From the NCBI GenBank assembly GCA_964413775.1, contig CAYPUO010000001.1, positions 1 through 43,776 of the forward strand: DNA of 43,776 nucleotides, written 5' to 3'. This document shows positions 34,513-42,960 of the stretch, one piece after another (the stretch's first letter is position 1; the number at the start of each line of letters is the position of its first letter). The position numbers and the translations under genes are program-made. The notes under the pieces are model-generated. The model ran no database searches, had not been told where the DNA came from, and saw nothing but the letters and a program-made list of their open reading frames with translations. This stretch comes from an uncultured archaeon. GTDB taxonomy: Archaea; Asgardarchaeota; Thorarchaeia; Thorarchaeales; Thorarchaeaceae.

Positions 34513-35289
34513 TTATTTCCCTTCCGCCGTTTTGACTCGGTGGTAGACTTCCTTGTCGTCCTTGGTGAACTGCCCACCTGCAATCATAGTATTGGCGAAG
34601 GAGTTAGGAGCCGTTGCAGGCATCCCGATTGACTGGAGCAACTGAACGTCACTCCGCACCAGGTCGCTTGCCAGAGCATCTTGGTTAAACTCGGCAAGTG
34701 TCTTGCCATCGAGAAGCTGCATGGCTTTCTCCATCGGGCTGACGCCTTCACTGCCCTTGACACCGATGCCCTCTATCATGTAGACTTCCCAGGTTGGGGT
34801 CGGAACGTCCTGTCCTTTCGGATGCTCCTCGTCCTTGGCTCTGCCGTCAAAGAGTTCGTGCATAGGTGGACGCCCCTCTTCGTTGTCTGCCAGCACCAGT
34901 CCCATCCTCTTCCCGATGCAGTCTTTCCAGTCCAGCCTGTCTCTCGGTGGGATGAAGTCAGGGCTGTTCGGGTCTTTCTGTGCCTCGGTGAGAGTCTGGT
35001 CTAAGATGTCGGTAAGCGAAGTTGACAGGACACCGTAGCGAGATTTCTTACGGTTTGACTCGGTAACTTGGACAGTGTAGATGGGGAACTGGTAAGGCTC
35101 AATCGCTTCCAGAACCTCGAGGTCCTTGAAGTTATAACTGCGCCTCATGGATTTCCTTTCGTTGGGAGTCCCTTCATCCCATGTCTGAGTTTCCCCAGGC
35201 ATTGAATCGAGAACTCCTGTGAACCTCCGCAGAGGTCCGAGGTCGGATTCAACCAACCCTCTTGCGCTTGGGAACTGTTCGTCTGCCAT
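34513..35289 (-). CDS. hypothetical protein (first gene after an internal early promoter; possible ssDNA-binding role by context only)
   Basis: The ATG at 35289 lies 10 nt after GGAGGA. The track start at 35310 is a GTG. Confidence 0.6.
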   Translation of the reverse strand: MADEQFPSARGLVESDLGPLRRFTGVLDSMPGETQTWDEGTPNERKSMRRSYNFKDLEVLEAIEPYQFPIYTVQVTESNRKKSRYGVLSTSLTDILDQTLTEAQKDPNSPDFIPPRDRLDWKDCIGKRMGLVLADNEEGRPPMHELFDGRAKDEEHPKGQDVPTPTWEVYMIEGIGVKGSEGVSPMEKAMQLLDGKTLAEFNQDALASDLVRSDVQLLQSIGMPATAPNSFANTMIAGGQFTKDDKEVYHRVKTAEGK

Positions 35290-35438
35290 TGGTTTTCTTT
35301 CCTCCATCACTTAATATTTTTACTGCTAATGTCGGGACTATTATTGCCAAGAATAAGATGATGCTGATGATGGTTACTTCTTCAATTTCGCTTACCTCCT
35401 TAACTGGGATTGTGGCTTGAGTCACACCACACTATTAT

Positions 35439-35468
35439 ATTATATCATAGAGAACAATCAGTTGTCAA
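35439..35468 (-). promoter_or_regulatory. sigmaA-type promoter
   Basis: Minus strand reads TTGACA (35468..35463), an 18-nt spacer, then TGaTATAAT (-10 at 35444..35439). Confidence 0.7.
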
Positions 35469-35576
35469 TACCACAGGCGGATTACGGATACGATTACTTG
35501 TGTTCACTTTCACTATCCCTCCTCCCTGACTCGGTATAAAAAATAATCCATAAGCATTAATTATTATCATTTTATT

Positions 35577-35999
35577 TTAATTTATTCTGACAAGGGAGTT
35601 AAGGTCTCTAGTAAATTTATCCTCTATATAAGCTGTTACTCCAGTCTTGGAGTAGCCTATGATATTGATATTGTCTAGCAGGGCGTATTCAATAGAACCA
35701 ACGAACTGAAACACGAAGGCTATTAGTACTGGAGCACTATGGTCTGCCTGCCACTGTTGCATCTGAGGTATCTGCCTCGCTGGTAGCCATAGGTCTATCT
35801 TCTGGCGAGCAAGCCTTACTTTGACTTCCACATACAGTAATGGTTTGCTAACTTCTAAGTCAACTGGTGGAAAAGTATCTTGCTGATTGTCATTAAGGTT
35901 ATGGACTAATAGCCCAAGGGACTCGAGTTCACTAGTGACTATAAGTTCTCCCTTCCTCCCTGCTTTTACTCTTTGGTTAAAATCCTTGTTGTCTTGCAT
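35577..35999 (-). CDS. PD-(D/E)XK (Hjc/restriction-endonuclease-like) nuclease in an AT-rich segment
   Basis: GRKGELIVTSELESLG...VDLEV...YVEVK pattern. The gene and its 3' flank are visibly AT-rich compared with their neighbours. Confidence 0.45.
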   Translation of the reverse strand: MQDNKDFNQRVKAGRKGELIVTSELESLGLLVHNLNDNQQDTFPPVDLEVSKPLLYVEVKVRLARQKIDLWLPARQIPQMQQWQADHSAPVLIAFVFQFVGSIEYALLDNINIIGYSKTGVTAYIEDKFTRDLNSLVRIN

Positions 36000-36001
36000 A
36001 C

Positions 36002-36967
36002 TTACTCCAGGCTCCGCAGAAGCTGGTCGCCCCTGAGTTCTATTTCATCTTCTGGGTAATGAGGCATAAGTCTGGATATAATCTGAGGATGGAGAGTATC
36101 TCGATTCCAGCGGACTCGGATAGATTTTGGGAGCATACCTTCTGCATCCCTGCCGTGCTTGGTGAATGAGAGGTCGCAGGTGGTCTTGGTCTCATCATTC
36201 TGCTCGTCTAATACCGACTTGATAATAGTGTCAGACCACCAGCTTATCTGCTTTGCTCCGAATGAGTCCTCAGAACCCTGACTGGTTCGGTTTCCGTCTT
36301 TATCAACTCCAGCTTTCCTTGCATGATGCACGAACACAAGGGCAAGTTGTCGCTGGACTCCATCCTTCTTTTCATTATAGTCATGGAGCATTAAGTCCAT
36401 ATTCTCGCAGAAATAATTGGTCTCTTTGGCGACTGTCAGGTCGTGGTGGAACATCTTGTATAGAGGGTCAAGTATAACCACAACTGGCAGGGCTGGCGAC
36501 TCCATAATTACTTCATCAATCTTGCGGCGAAGTCCAGCTATGCCAGCCTGCTCGTCAAGATGGAAGAACTGCACGACCTGGGTATAGACATTAGAGGGAA
36601 AAGCCAGGTCGTCTGCCCGCTTTTTCTCAGCAGGAACATCGCCTGGCTTTGCGAGATAAATCTTCTTCGTGCCTTCGCAGTATTTGATAGACCTTGTCTG
36701 AACAGAATACATACCCATCTCGCCTTGGATATAGAGGACATTGGCAGGAGAAGTCTTAAAGCCAAACCATCTACGTCCAGTAGCTACTGAATATGCAAGG
36801 TGTTGAGCAGCCATAGACTTCCAGCTACCTTCGTCTCCGAATATCTGAAAGCGATGTCCTACATCAAGGACACCGTCCCAGATTATATGCCTGATTGGAG
36901 GAGGCTTCCAGTCCATCAGGTCGTGAATTGTGAATATGTCTCTATCCCGATTATGAATGTCTGACAA
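36002..36967 (-). CDS. RepA/DnaB-like (AAA_25-type) ATPase, putative replicative helicase
   Basis: TTG start after GGAGGG. Walker A GDEGSWKSMAAQHLAYSVATG and Walker B VVVILDPLYKMF. Confidence 0.5.
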   Translation of the reverse strand: MSDIHNRDRDIFTIHDLMDWKPPPIRHIIWDGVLDVGHRFQIFGDEGSWKSMAAQHLAYSVATGRRWFGFKTSPANVLYIQGEMGMYSVQTRSIKYCEGTKKIYLAKPGDVPAEKKRADDLAFPSNVYTQVVQFFHLDEQAGIAGLRRKIDEVIMESPALPVVVILDPLYKMFHHDLTVAKETNYFCENMDLMLHDYNEKKDGVQRQLALVFVHHARKAGVDKDGNRTSQGSEDSFGAKQISWWSDTIIKSVLDEQNDETKTTCDLSFTKHGRDAEGMLPKSIRVRWNRDTLHPQIISRLMPHYPEDEIELRGDQLLRSLE

Positions 36968-36979
36968 GGAAGCACCCTC

Positions 36980-37354
36980 CTATTGAATAAGTTTTTTGGT
37001 TTTCTTCAGCAGGGCTACTTCCTTGCTGTTATCGCCTGGTGCTGTCTTCTCGCACAAGTAGCGGAGGGCTTCGTAGAAGACGGTCAACTCCTCCTTCACG
37101 AAGATTGCATCGGGGAGTTCAAGAATTGCATGGATGCCATGATGCAGGGATTCAAGTTCCTTGACTGCCAGCTCTCCCATCATGAACTCAGAGTCCATTG
37201 GGAGTTCTAATACTGCGCAGCCAGTCATTTGGTTTAGGTCTGAGTAGAGTTGCGGGTGGATGCGGACTTGCTTGGGCTTCTTGATTACTATAACTTTGCG
37301 TTCTTGAATGAGAGGTTTGCCTGACGGACTTACTAAATCTTTGGGGTCGGGCAT
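36980..37354 (-). CDS. hypothetical protein
   Basis: The ATG at 37354 follows AAAGGAGAAG. The longer track start at 37417 would lie upstream of the promoter. Confidence 0.6.
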   Translation of the reverse strand: MPDPKDLVSPSGKPLIQERKVIVIKKPKQVRIHPQLYSDLNQMTGCAVLELPMDSEFMMGELAVKELESLHHGIHAILELPDAIFVKEELTVFYEALRYLCEKTAPGDNSKEVALLKKTKKLIQ

Positions 37355-37387
37355 AGCTGCTTCTCCTTTCCCATTGTGTACTCTTAT

Positions 37388-37417
37388 ATTATAACACAAA
37401 GAAATAGGAGTTGTCAA
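37388..37417 (-). promoter_or_regulatory. sigmaA-type promoter
   Basis: Minus strand reads GGGGGG-TTGACA (37417..37412), an 18-nt spacer, then TGtTATAAT (-10 at 37393..37388). The -35 overlaps the stop codon of the HIT gene. Confidence 0.7.
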
Positions 37418-37746
37418 CCCCCCGATGCTACTGATAGCTCTGGCAAGATATATGCGTGGATGTGGAAGTGGTCTGGGTAGGTATTCATAGTCTTCTTGAT
37501 GAAGTAGCCATCACCTATTCCGATAGTATTGAGGAACTGTATAAGGTTGTAGGATGCAATACGAAAGGTCATATCAGTCCCTGCAAAGTGGGGCTTAATA
37601 GTTAAGGATATACGCCTGGTATAACCGTCTGTATTACCGTTATCTACGATGTAGCAGGACTCGTCCTCATAGAGAATTGTATCCTTACCAGACTTGATGG
37701 TTGCCATGTTACATAGGTCACAATCAATCTTTTTGAGACTGCTCAT
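37414..37746 (-). CDS. HIT-family (histidine triad) hydrolase
   Basis: CDLCNM...ILYEDESCYIVDN at the N-terminus and the HFHIHAY triad. The ATG at 37746 follows GGAGG. Confidence 0.65.
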   Translation of the reverse strand: MSSLKKIDCDLCNMATIKSGKDTILYEDESCYIVDNGNTDGYTRRISLTIKPHFAGTDMTFRIASYNLIQFLNTIGIGDGYFIKKTMNTYPDHFHIHAYILPELSVASGG

Positions 37747-38113
37747 TTGAACCTCCAAACAATCTAGCTTCCACCGCTCTATCGTAGGCAGCGTCTATCG
37801 TAGAAGCATAATGGTCAGTCCAGCCAGCTTTTGCTCGCTGCCAAACCTCGTCCTGAATCTTCTCTGGTAGCTCATGGTACTCCATGTTGTAGCGTTCAAG
37901 GGAGAGTTCTTCCGCACGGTTAATCATCCAGATGCTACGGATTACTCTCCCATCCTTGGTTGTCCAAACCTGCGGCAAGTTGGCTATGAAATCTTTGATG
38001 TCCTCCAGCAGACCAAGGAATGTGTTACTCGGTTCGGGGCGACTGTTGTACTCAATACATTCATCCTCATGGTCGCCCTGAAAGTTATGGCATATACACT
38101 GATATCTATTCAT
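37724..38113 (-). CDS. hypothetical protein
   Basis: The ATG at 38113 overlaps the upstream stop by 8 nt. Confidence 0.55.
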   Translation of the reverse strand: MNRYQCICHNFQGDHEDECIEYNSRPEPSNTFLGLLEDIKDFIANLPQVWTTKDGRVIRSIWMINRAEELSLERYNMEYHELPEKIQDEVWQRAKAGWTDHYASTIDAAYDRAVEARLFGGSNEQSQKD

Positions 38114-38399
38114 GCTTTGACTCCATGTAGTTGTGGTATCTGGCGCGCCACTTAGATATGGTAGAACGGTCAACCTCATTGTTCAGGAAGCGCACAACTT
38201 CATCTAAGCTACCATCGAAGAGAACAACCTCCAGCTTGATGTGGTACTTATATTCAAGATGCTTCATCCTGTCAGTCTTTGGGAAACTGTCGGGTTGCTC
38301 GTCTACAGTTTGCAGCTTCTTGGTACGCTTAGCAGGCTGAACGCCTCGACCATTAAGTATCTGTCGGCGTAGTTTTGCTGTCGGTGTTCTGTCGCTCAT
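38106..38399 (-). CDS. hypothetical protein with a possible C-terminal HTH
   Basis: The ATG at 38399 follows AAAAGGAGG. Contains DEVVRFLNNEVDRSTISKWRARY. Confidence 0.5.
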   Translation of the reverse strand: MSDRTPTAKLRRQILNGRGVQPAKRTKKLQTVDEQPDSFPKTDRMKHLEYKYHIKLEVVLFDGSLDEVVRFLNNEVDRSTISKWRARYHNYMESKHE

Positions 38400-38670
38400 A
38401 GCGCCTCCTTTTCCCTGTGCCTCTACAGTAGGAACAGTCATACACATCTTCATAACCAGTTGAGAAGTGACCTGTTCCGTCACATTCTGGACAGTCCTCT
38501 AATGCCATATATCTATTCCTTATTCTGTTTACCTTTGCCTGTGTTCTCTTGATGTCAGCCTCATGCTCTGGGCTAACCTTGTTCTGCCAGCCTAGTATGT
38601 CTACTATCCCTTGCATGATAGCTGCGTGGTACTGCTCATAAGCAAGGCACACACGATATATTTCTTTCAT
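38353..38670 (-). CDS. protein with a DnaJ-type zinc-finger (CxxCxGxG x2)
   Basis: CPECDGTG and CSYCRGTG. Confidence 0.6.
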   Translation of the reverse strand: MKEIYRVCLAYEQYHAAIMQGIVDILGWQNKVSPEHEADIKRTQAKVNRIRNRYMALEDCPECDGTGHFSTGYEDVYDCSYCRGTGKRRRYERQNTDSKTTPTDT

Positions 38671-38927
38671 GGTTTGGTCTCCTTTGAGGAAGGTTCATCC
38701 ACCAGAATCATGAGTAGCTTGCGGAGTGATTCGGTAGCACTGATTGGTACTCCGCCTTTACCATATGACTGGAAGTTTGGAAGCCCGACAGTTCGTAGCC
38801 ACTCCTTGAATGTTTCCTTGAACGACTCCAATAGCATTTCCTCGTACTGGTGGGCTGGTGCCTCTCCAGCCTGCATGATGTCATTTACCTGCTGTTGAGC
38901 CTTGCCCAGCATTTCTGTTAGTGTCAT
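38667..38927 (-). CDS. hypothetical protein
   Basis: SD AAGGAGGAAGG. 86 aa. Confidence 0.6.
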   Translation of the reverse strand: MTLTEMLGKAQQQVNDIMQAGEAPAHQYEEMLLESFKETFKEWLRTVGLPNFQSYGKGGVPISATESLRKLLMILVDEPSSKETKP

Positions 38928-39138
38928 CTAGACCTTCCTCCTTCAGCTTGAGATAGCCAAGTGCCATTGGGTCTCGGTTGTCCAGTGGGTCAAGGCGAGG
39001 TCGCCCACCCCAGAGCACACGAAACTCTAGAGCTTTCCTTGCATTGTAGCCTGCGATAAACGCCTGCCGATATGAGAAGTTGGTAGGCAACTTGGCTTCG
39101 GTAAGTTTCTCGGTTGCCATATCATCTAGTTCTGCCAT
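38881..39138 (-). CDS. hypothetical protein
   Basis: SD GGAGGG. 85 aa. Confidence 0.6.
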   Translation of the reverse strand: MAELDDMATEKLTEAKLPTNFSYRQAFIAGYNARKALEFRVLWGGRPRLDPLDNRDPMALGYLKLKEEGLDDTNRNAGQGSTAGK

Positions 39139-39184
39139 TTAATCCCTCCAGTATCTATTTGTTTGGAAGTTTCTCCACCACCAT

Positions 39185-39409
39185 CTACGGACTACTTCCA
39201 CTATCCATTGTATCAATATCCTCCTCCTTGAACTCCAGCCACTCATGCGATAAGCAAGCAGGACAGCCAAGCTCCTTGATTACATCACCTGGGAGTAGAG
39301 GATTATGAGCATAGACTCCCTTCAGTTGGTCGGCTGTTCCTTCCCACTTGCAGCGGTGGCATCGGACTGGTAGGTCTTTAGCGGGTGTGCTCTCTAAGTT
39401 AGGCATCAT
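39185..39409 (-). CDS. zinc-ribbon protein
   Basis: CHRC...CPAC. ATGA coupling. Confidence 0.6.
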   Translation of the reverse strand: MMPNLESTPAKDLPVRCHRCKWEGTADQLKGVYAHNPLLPGDVIKELGCPACLSHEWLEFKEEDIDTMDSGSSP

Positions 39410-39609
39410 GCTTCCTCCACAGTTATTTGCACTGAGTCGGTAGGCACTTCATCGTTAGGAATATATACTGTGTCTGCTGGATAATCGGGAGGATAGAGTA
39501 GAGGATTAGACCTGTCAGCAGCTATCAGTACTGTGCCATCGCCTGTGACTGCGAAGTCTGACTGAGGAATAAAGCAGCCTCGCTTCTTGTCATATGCTTT
39601 CAGTTTCAT
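39406..39609 (-). CDS. hypothetical protein
   Basis: SD GGGAGGA. 67 aa. Confidence 0.6.
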   Translation of the reverse strand: MKLKAYDKKRGCFIPQSDFAVTGDGTVLIAADRSNPLLYPPDYPADTVYIPNDEVPTDSVQITVEEA

Positions 39610-39654
39610 ATGTTCCTCCCTGCGTGGTCAGTATGCGCAGCCCACTGGCGGTAG

Positions 39655-40146
39655 TTAATCTCTGGGGTCTGATTTGCTACGTCGTCCAGACAGCAGGTCG
39701 GATAAGCGGATTACCTTGATGCCTCCGCCACCGAGCAGGTCCTCCAGCATGGTTTCCAAGTCTCGAATCTCATCCATACCTTTGGCGCCTGCAAGCAGGT
39801 CTTCCTTGGGCATGATGCCCCACTTGAGGATGCACTTCTTCTTCATGCCTTCCAGCAATCCGATGTGGTTCTCACGGAGGCGACCAAGCCCGAAGGCTGT
39901 GGTAACTATGGTGGCGATGTCGTCTGCATCGAGGCGTTGACGGCACCTGATGAGGTGGTTGGTGTAGGAACAGAGGGCAGCGATAGCGTACTTGTATAGA
40001 TGCTCCTGCTTATCCTGTTCCTTGCCGAAGGCATTATGGAGACATTCGGAGAGGATTTCGCAGACTTCCGCTGCATCGGAGTGAGAGTGGATATTGAGGA
40101 TTTCTTCCTTGACCATACGTTCAATGTCTTCCTTATTAACTTCCAT
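39655..40146 (-). CDS. hypothetical protein
   Basis: The ATG at 40146 follows AAAGGAG. Confidence 0.6.
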   Translation of the reverse strand: MEVNKEDIERMVKEEILNIHSHSDAAEVCEILSECLHNAFGKEQDKQEHLYKYAIAALCSYTNHLIRCRQRLDADDIATIVTTAFGLGRLRENHIGLLEGMKKKCILKWGIMPKEDLLAGAKGMDEIRDLETMLEDLLGGGGIKVIRLSDLLSGRRSKSDPRD

Positions 40147-40156
40147 GTTGCTCCTT

Positions 40157-40642
40157 TCAAAGTTCAATTAGAATATCGTTCCTTTCATTGGCTGACTTGG
40201 CGATGTCAGTATCCCATGACTGGTTACACTTGTCGCAGACTACTGACACGTCGTCTCCATGCAAGAAGCCACCACATTCAGGACACCATGCCATGTATGC
40301 CTGCCACTGGAGACCACACTCAGAGCAGTATTGCACAGCATAGCCAGCAGGCATGGTAACTTCACAGGTATGCTCGGATAAGCAGTCGGGGCAGGTTAGC
40401 TGATTCCAGTTCTTCGCATGGACTGTATTGAGTTGTCCGCTGCCTATCTTTCGGTGGCACTTGAGCAGGTCACCTGCCCACCACCATGAGCCTGATATGA
40501 ACTCAGGGATATGAACTTCCGAGTTGTCGGGGAGGCTACGCATACTGCTCATATCCGATAAGGGTAGGGCGATGTATACTTGTGGAGGCTTATCGTCTAT
40601 TAGCTCCTGTAAGTCTGCAATAGCCTTGTCGTAGTCGTTCAT
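40157..40642 (-). CDS. multi-zinc-ribbon protein
   Basis: The ATG at 40642 forms an ATGA overlap. Cys pairs CPDC, CSEC, CPEC and CDKC. Confidence 0.6.
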   Translation of the reverse strand: MNDYDKAIADLQELIDDKPPQVYIALPLSDMSSMRSLPDNSEVHIPEFISGSWWWAGDLLKCHRKIGSGQLNTVHAKNWNQLTCPDCLSEHTCEVTMPAGYAVQYCSECGLQWQAYMAWCPECGGFLHGDDVSVVCDKCNQSWDTDIAKSANERNDILIEL

Positions 40643-40806
40643 GCACCCATTTCCTTGAGTTCCTCTCCGAGTTGCTTGGCGCACTCAGCAGCCTTCCAGT
40701 CATAGCCTGGTCTGTCCTGCTGCATTAGCTCCTTTAGCTCGTCAAACTCAACAGGCTTCTCAGTTCCCATGTACTGCTTAATGGCAGTCACTTTACCGAT
40801 TGGCAT
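40639..40806 (-). CDS. small hypothetical protein (55 aa)
   Basis: The ATG at 40806 follows AAAGGAGG. Confidence 0.55.
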   Translation of the reverse strand: MPIGKVTAIKQYMGTEKPVEFDELKELMQQDRPGYDWKAAECAKQLGEELKEMGA

Positions 40807-40816
40807 ATGTCCTCCT

Positions 40817-41020
40817 TTATTTCCAGAATCGCCACCACTTGCGAGGCTGGTAGCCATGCTTTGCAGTCAGGTGCTTGAGCAGGTTGTTAGGATTGATGTG
40901 CTTATAAGGCACTCTACCTGCGCAGAAGGCTTCGTGTCTTGCGCAGACATGGCATCCATTACTGGCATGGAAGCCTGCAAGTTTAATCAGCTTCTTGTGC
41001 TGACTGTCATTTGTCTTCAC
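40817..41020 (-). CDS. small Cys/His-rich basic protein (67 aa)
   Basis: The GTG at 41020 lies 6 nt after AAAGGAGGG. Contains CHVCARHEAFC. Confidence 0.45.
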   Translation of the reverse strand: MKTNDSQHKKLIKLAGFHASNGCHVCARHEAFCAGRVPYKHINPNNLLKHLTAKHGYQPRKWWRFWK

Positions 41021-41258
41021 TGGCGTCCCTCCTTTTATACCAGAGTGGGTCTTCTGGATACAGGTCAAGATGTATGCGATATATTTCCTGACGCAGCCGA
41101 CCAAGGAACTTGGCTGCTTCATCCCAGTTGCCAGCGTTCCACTGCCTTACGCCAGAAGCCCAAGCCTGATTGTAAGTCCAGATGTCGGAGTAGCGTTCAT
41201 TACCATACAACTCCATCAGGTGAGTGAAGCTACTGTTGTAGTAGAGTATCTCATTCAT
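41007..41258 (-). CDS. hypothetical protein
   Basis: ATGA coupling with the upstream small ORF. 83 aa. Confidence 0.6.
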   Translation of the reverse strand: MNEILYYNSSFTHLMELYGNERYSDIWTYNQAWASGVRQWNAGNWDEAAKFLGRLRQEIYRIHLDLYPEDPLWYKRRDASEDK

Positions 41259-41347
41259 AGTATATACCCTGTTACTATGCCTATCACATAGCAGAGAATC
41301 ATGGCGAATACTAGCAGGGTCAGTTGTAGCTTATCGTAAGTGTTCAT
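41255..41347 (-). CDS. 30-aa hydrophobic membrane peptide
   Basis: ATGA overlaps at both ends. The peptide is MNTYDKLQLTLLVFAMILCYVIGIVTGYIL. Not in the track. Confidence 0.5.
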   Translation of the reverse strand: MNTYDKLQLTLLVFAMILCYVIGIVTGYIL

Positions 41348-41628
41348 GTCTTATCCTTATTGATATTATCCTTAGTGTGATGGGACTTATGACAGACACG
41401 ATGCACCAGGCATCGGTTCTCTAATCTCATGTTCATATGGTCTCCGTCCTTGTGGTGTTCTGTAAGATTGTCCGTGCCTCGTGGGGGCAGGACATCAGCA
41501 TACTTGAAGGGCTTACCGCAGAGCCAGCAGTTGGGCTGGTACTTCTGTATCATCATCCAGAGGAAATACTTGAGCCTTGATTTCTCGTTGGATAGGTTGC
41601 TACGCCTGCGCTGTTGCTTCTGTGCCAT
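41344..41628 (-). CDS. HNH endonuclease
   Basis: CWLCGK...LTEHHKDGDHMNMRLENRCLVHRVCHKSHH. Confidence 0.75.
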   Translation of the reverse strand: MAQKQQRRRSNLSNEKSRLKYFLWMMIQKYQPNCWLCGKPFKYADVLPPRGTDNLTEHHKDGDHMNMRLENRCLVHRVCHKSHHTKDNINKDKT

Positions 41629-41897
41629 CAGTTAATGCTCCGCCAAGGAAGCCCCATCTTGAGGAAGTCATGGATGCGTAGGAAGTTCTCGTAGTGTATG
41701 AAGTCCTCATATTCAGTACCAGCCAAACAGTTGAATCCGCTGAATACATCTTCCTTATCAGTTTCCTCAGGCTTGCAGTTCATGTGTGTTATTATCTGGT
41801 TGCCAGTAAGCATATCATAGAACACTGTGCAATCAGGCATATACACTTTCATAACGTGCTTCTTGTAGTCAAGCTGCTCCTTGCTATATTGCTCCAT
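41628..41897 (-). CDS. hypothetical protein
   Basis: SD GGAGGGAGG. 89 aa. Confidence 0.6.
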   Translation of the reverse strand: MEQYSKEQLDYKKHVMKVYMPDCTVFYDMLTGNQIITHMNCKPEETDKEDVFSGFNCLAGTEYEDFIHYENFLRIHDFLKMGLPWRSIN

Positions 41898-42555
41898 AGT
41901 TCGTCAATACCTCCCTCCATAGCATTAAGTCTTTCTGATATGGACTCACCACATAGACAGGCACATTGGGGTATCTCCAGCGGAGTGCCTCATATACGCC
42001 TGTGAGTAGGAGAAGGGACTGGCTCTGGTCGGTGAGGGTAATGAGGATGAGTAGGATTCTTGCACACTCTGCCCGAACCACTCCGTCTTCATGCTCTATG
42101 ACTGAGCCGTAGCAGTCTATCAGACCTGACACGAAGTCTCCATATGTGTTCTTCTTCCAGTATTCCAAGCGGGTAGCGTGGAGTCCATGCCAGTTGTCTC
42201 GTCTGGGTATCTCGTCAGCAAATGCTACTTCCCCAGACCAAGCGTCCTCAGACCAAGTGATGCTCGGACTGAGTGCGCCCTTGACTTTCATAGTCCATGC
42301 TCTGTAAGCTATTATGCCTTGTAGTTTCCTGCGGTCTATGGCTGGAGGAATAGGACCTGCCAAGCTGTACTTGAGACTGACAGACCTTTCCACCCTGCCC
42401 TTGAGTAGGTCATAGTGAGCATCCAGATTCAGGATAAGCTGCTCGGTCTGCTGCTGGATAGTGCCACCCTCTTTGAGTAGCTGCTCCAGTTGAAACCGTG
42501 CTGCCTTGTACTCAGTCTCAATCTGCTGCCAAGTAGGGAAGTCCGAGCTATCCAT
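41884..42555 (-). CDS. hypothetical protein
   Basis: ATG at 42555; the track start at 42561 is a GTG. 223 aa. No family recognised. Confidence 0.6.
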   Translation of the reverse strand: MDSSDFPTWQQIETEYKAARFQLEQLLKEGGTIQQQTEQLILNLDAHYDLLKGRVERSVSLKYSLAGPIPPAIDRRKLQGIIAYRAWTMKVKGALSPSITWSEDAWSGEVAFADEIPRRDNWHGLHATRLEYWKKNTYGDFVSGLIDCYGSVIEHEDGVVRAECARILLILITLTDQSQSLLLLTGVYEALRWRYPNVPVYVVSPYQKDLMLWREVLTNYGAI

Positions 42556-42715
42556 CAGCACCTTCCCTTCTGACAGGGACAGGCTCTCGAGCAGGCACAG
42601 GCTTCATCGGTTGCACTATCCTATCGGGGCTGACCTCAGGCAAAGCCTTTGGTGGCTTGTAAGGTTCAGTGATTGGGAAGTCATGCTCCCTAACTGCTGG
42701 TGTGTTAGTTCCCAT
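42548..42715 (-). CDS. small Pro-rich ORF (55 aa)
   Basis: TAATG coupling with the upstream gene. The frame is open and was checked by hand. Not in the track. Confidence 0.45.
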   Translation of the reverse strand: MGTNTPAVREHDFPITEPYKPPKALPEVSPDRIVQPMKPVPAREPVPVRREGADG

Positions 42716-42927
42716 TAGTCCTCTCCTTTCAGAAATGCGATGATATCTGCCACCTGGTCTTCTGTGATTGAGCCATCACGTTCTATTATCTGGTGTTCAA
42801 TCTCAGCATAGGTCTTGTGGTCTGCGCCATGCAGAAGTCCACCGCATCGGCAGGTGCATCGAGGATGCTCTGCCTGAGTGCAGGCGTCCGACTGATGTAG
42901 CGTCAAGGCTCGCTTGAATACTCTCAC
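42715..42927 (-). CDS. small Cys-containing protein (70 aa)
   Basis: The GTG at 42927 lies 8 nt after AAAGGAGG and downstream of the promoter. The track start at 43002 lies upstream of that promoter. Confidence 0.5.
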   Translation of the reverse strand: MRVFKRALTLHQSDACTQAEHPRCTCRCGGLLHGADHKTYAEIEHQIIERDGSITEDQVADIIAFLKGED

Positions 42928-42960
42928 CTGGCTCACCTCCTTTCCCCATGTTCTGATTAT

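Noticed and set aside
36002-36967. GDEGSWKS P-loop as a possible PurZ/PurA-like (GDEGKGK) enzyme that would complete a Z-genome module.
   Set aside because: The following sequence (AAQHLAYSVATG..., Walker B VVVILDPLY) fits RepA/DnaB-type AAA_25 ATPases. The length and the rest of the protein do not fit adenylosuccinate-synthetase-like enzymes.
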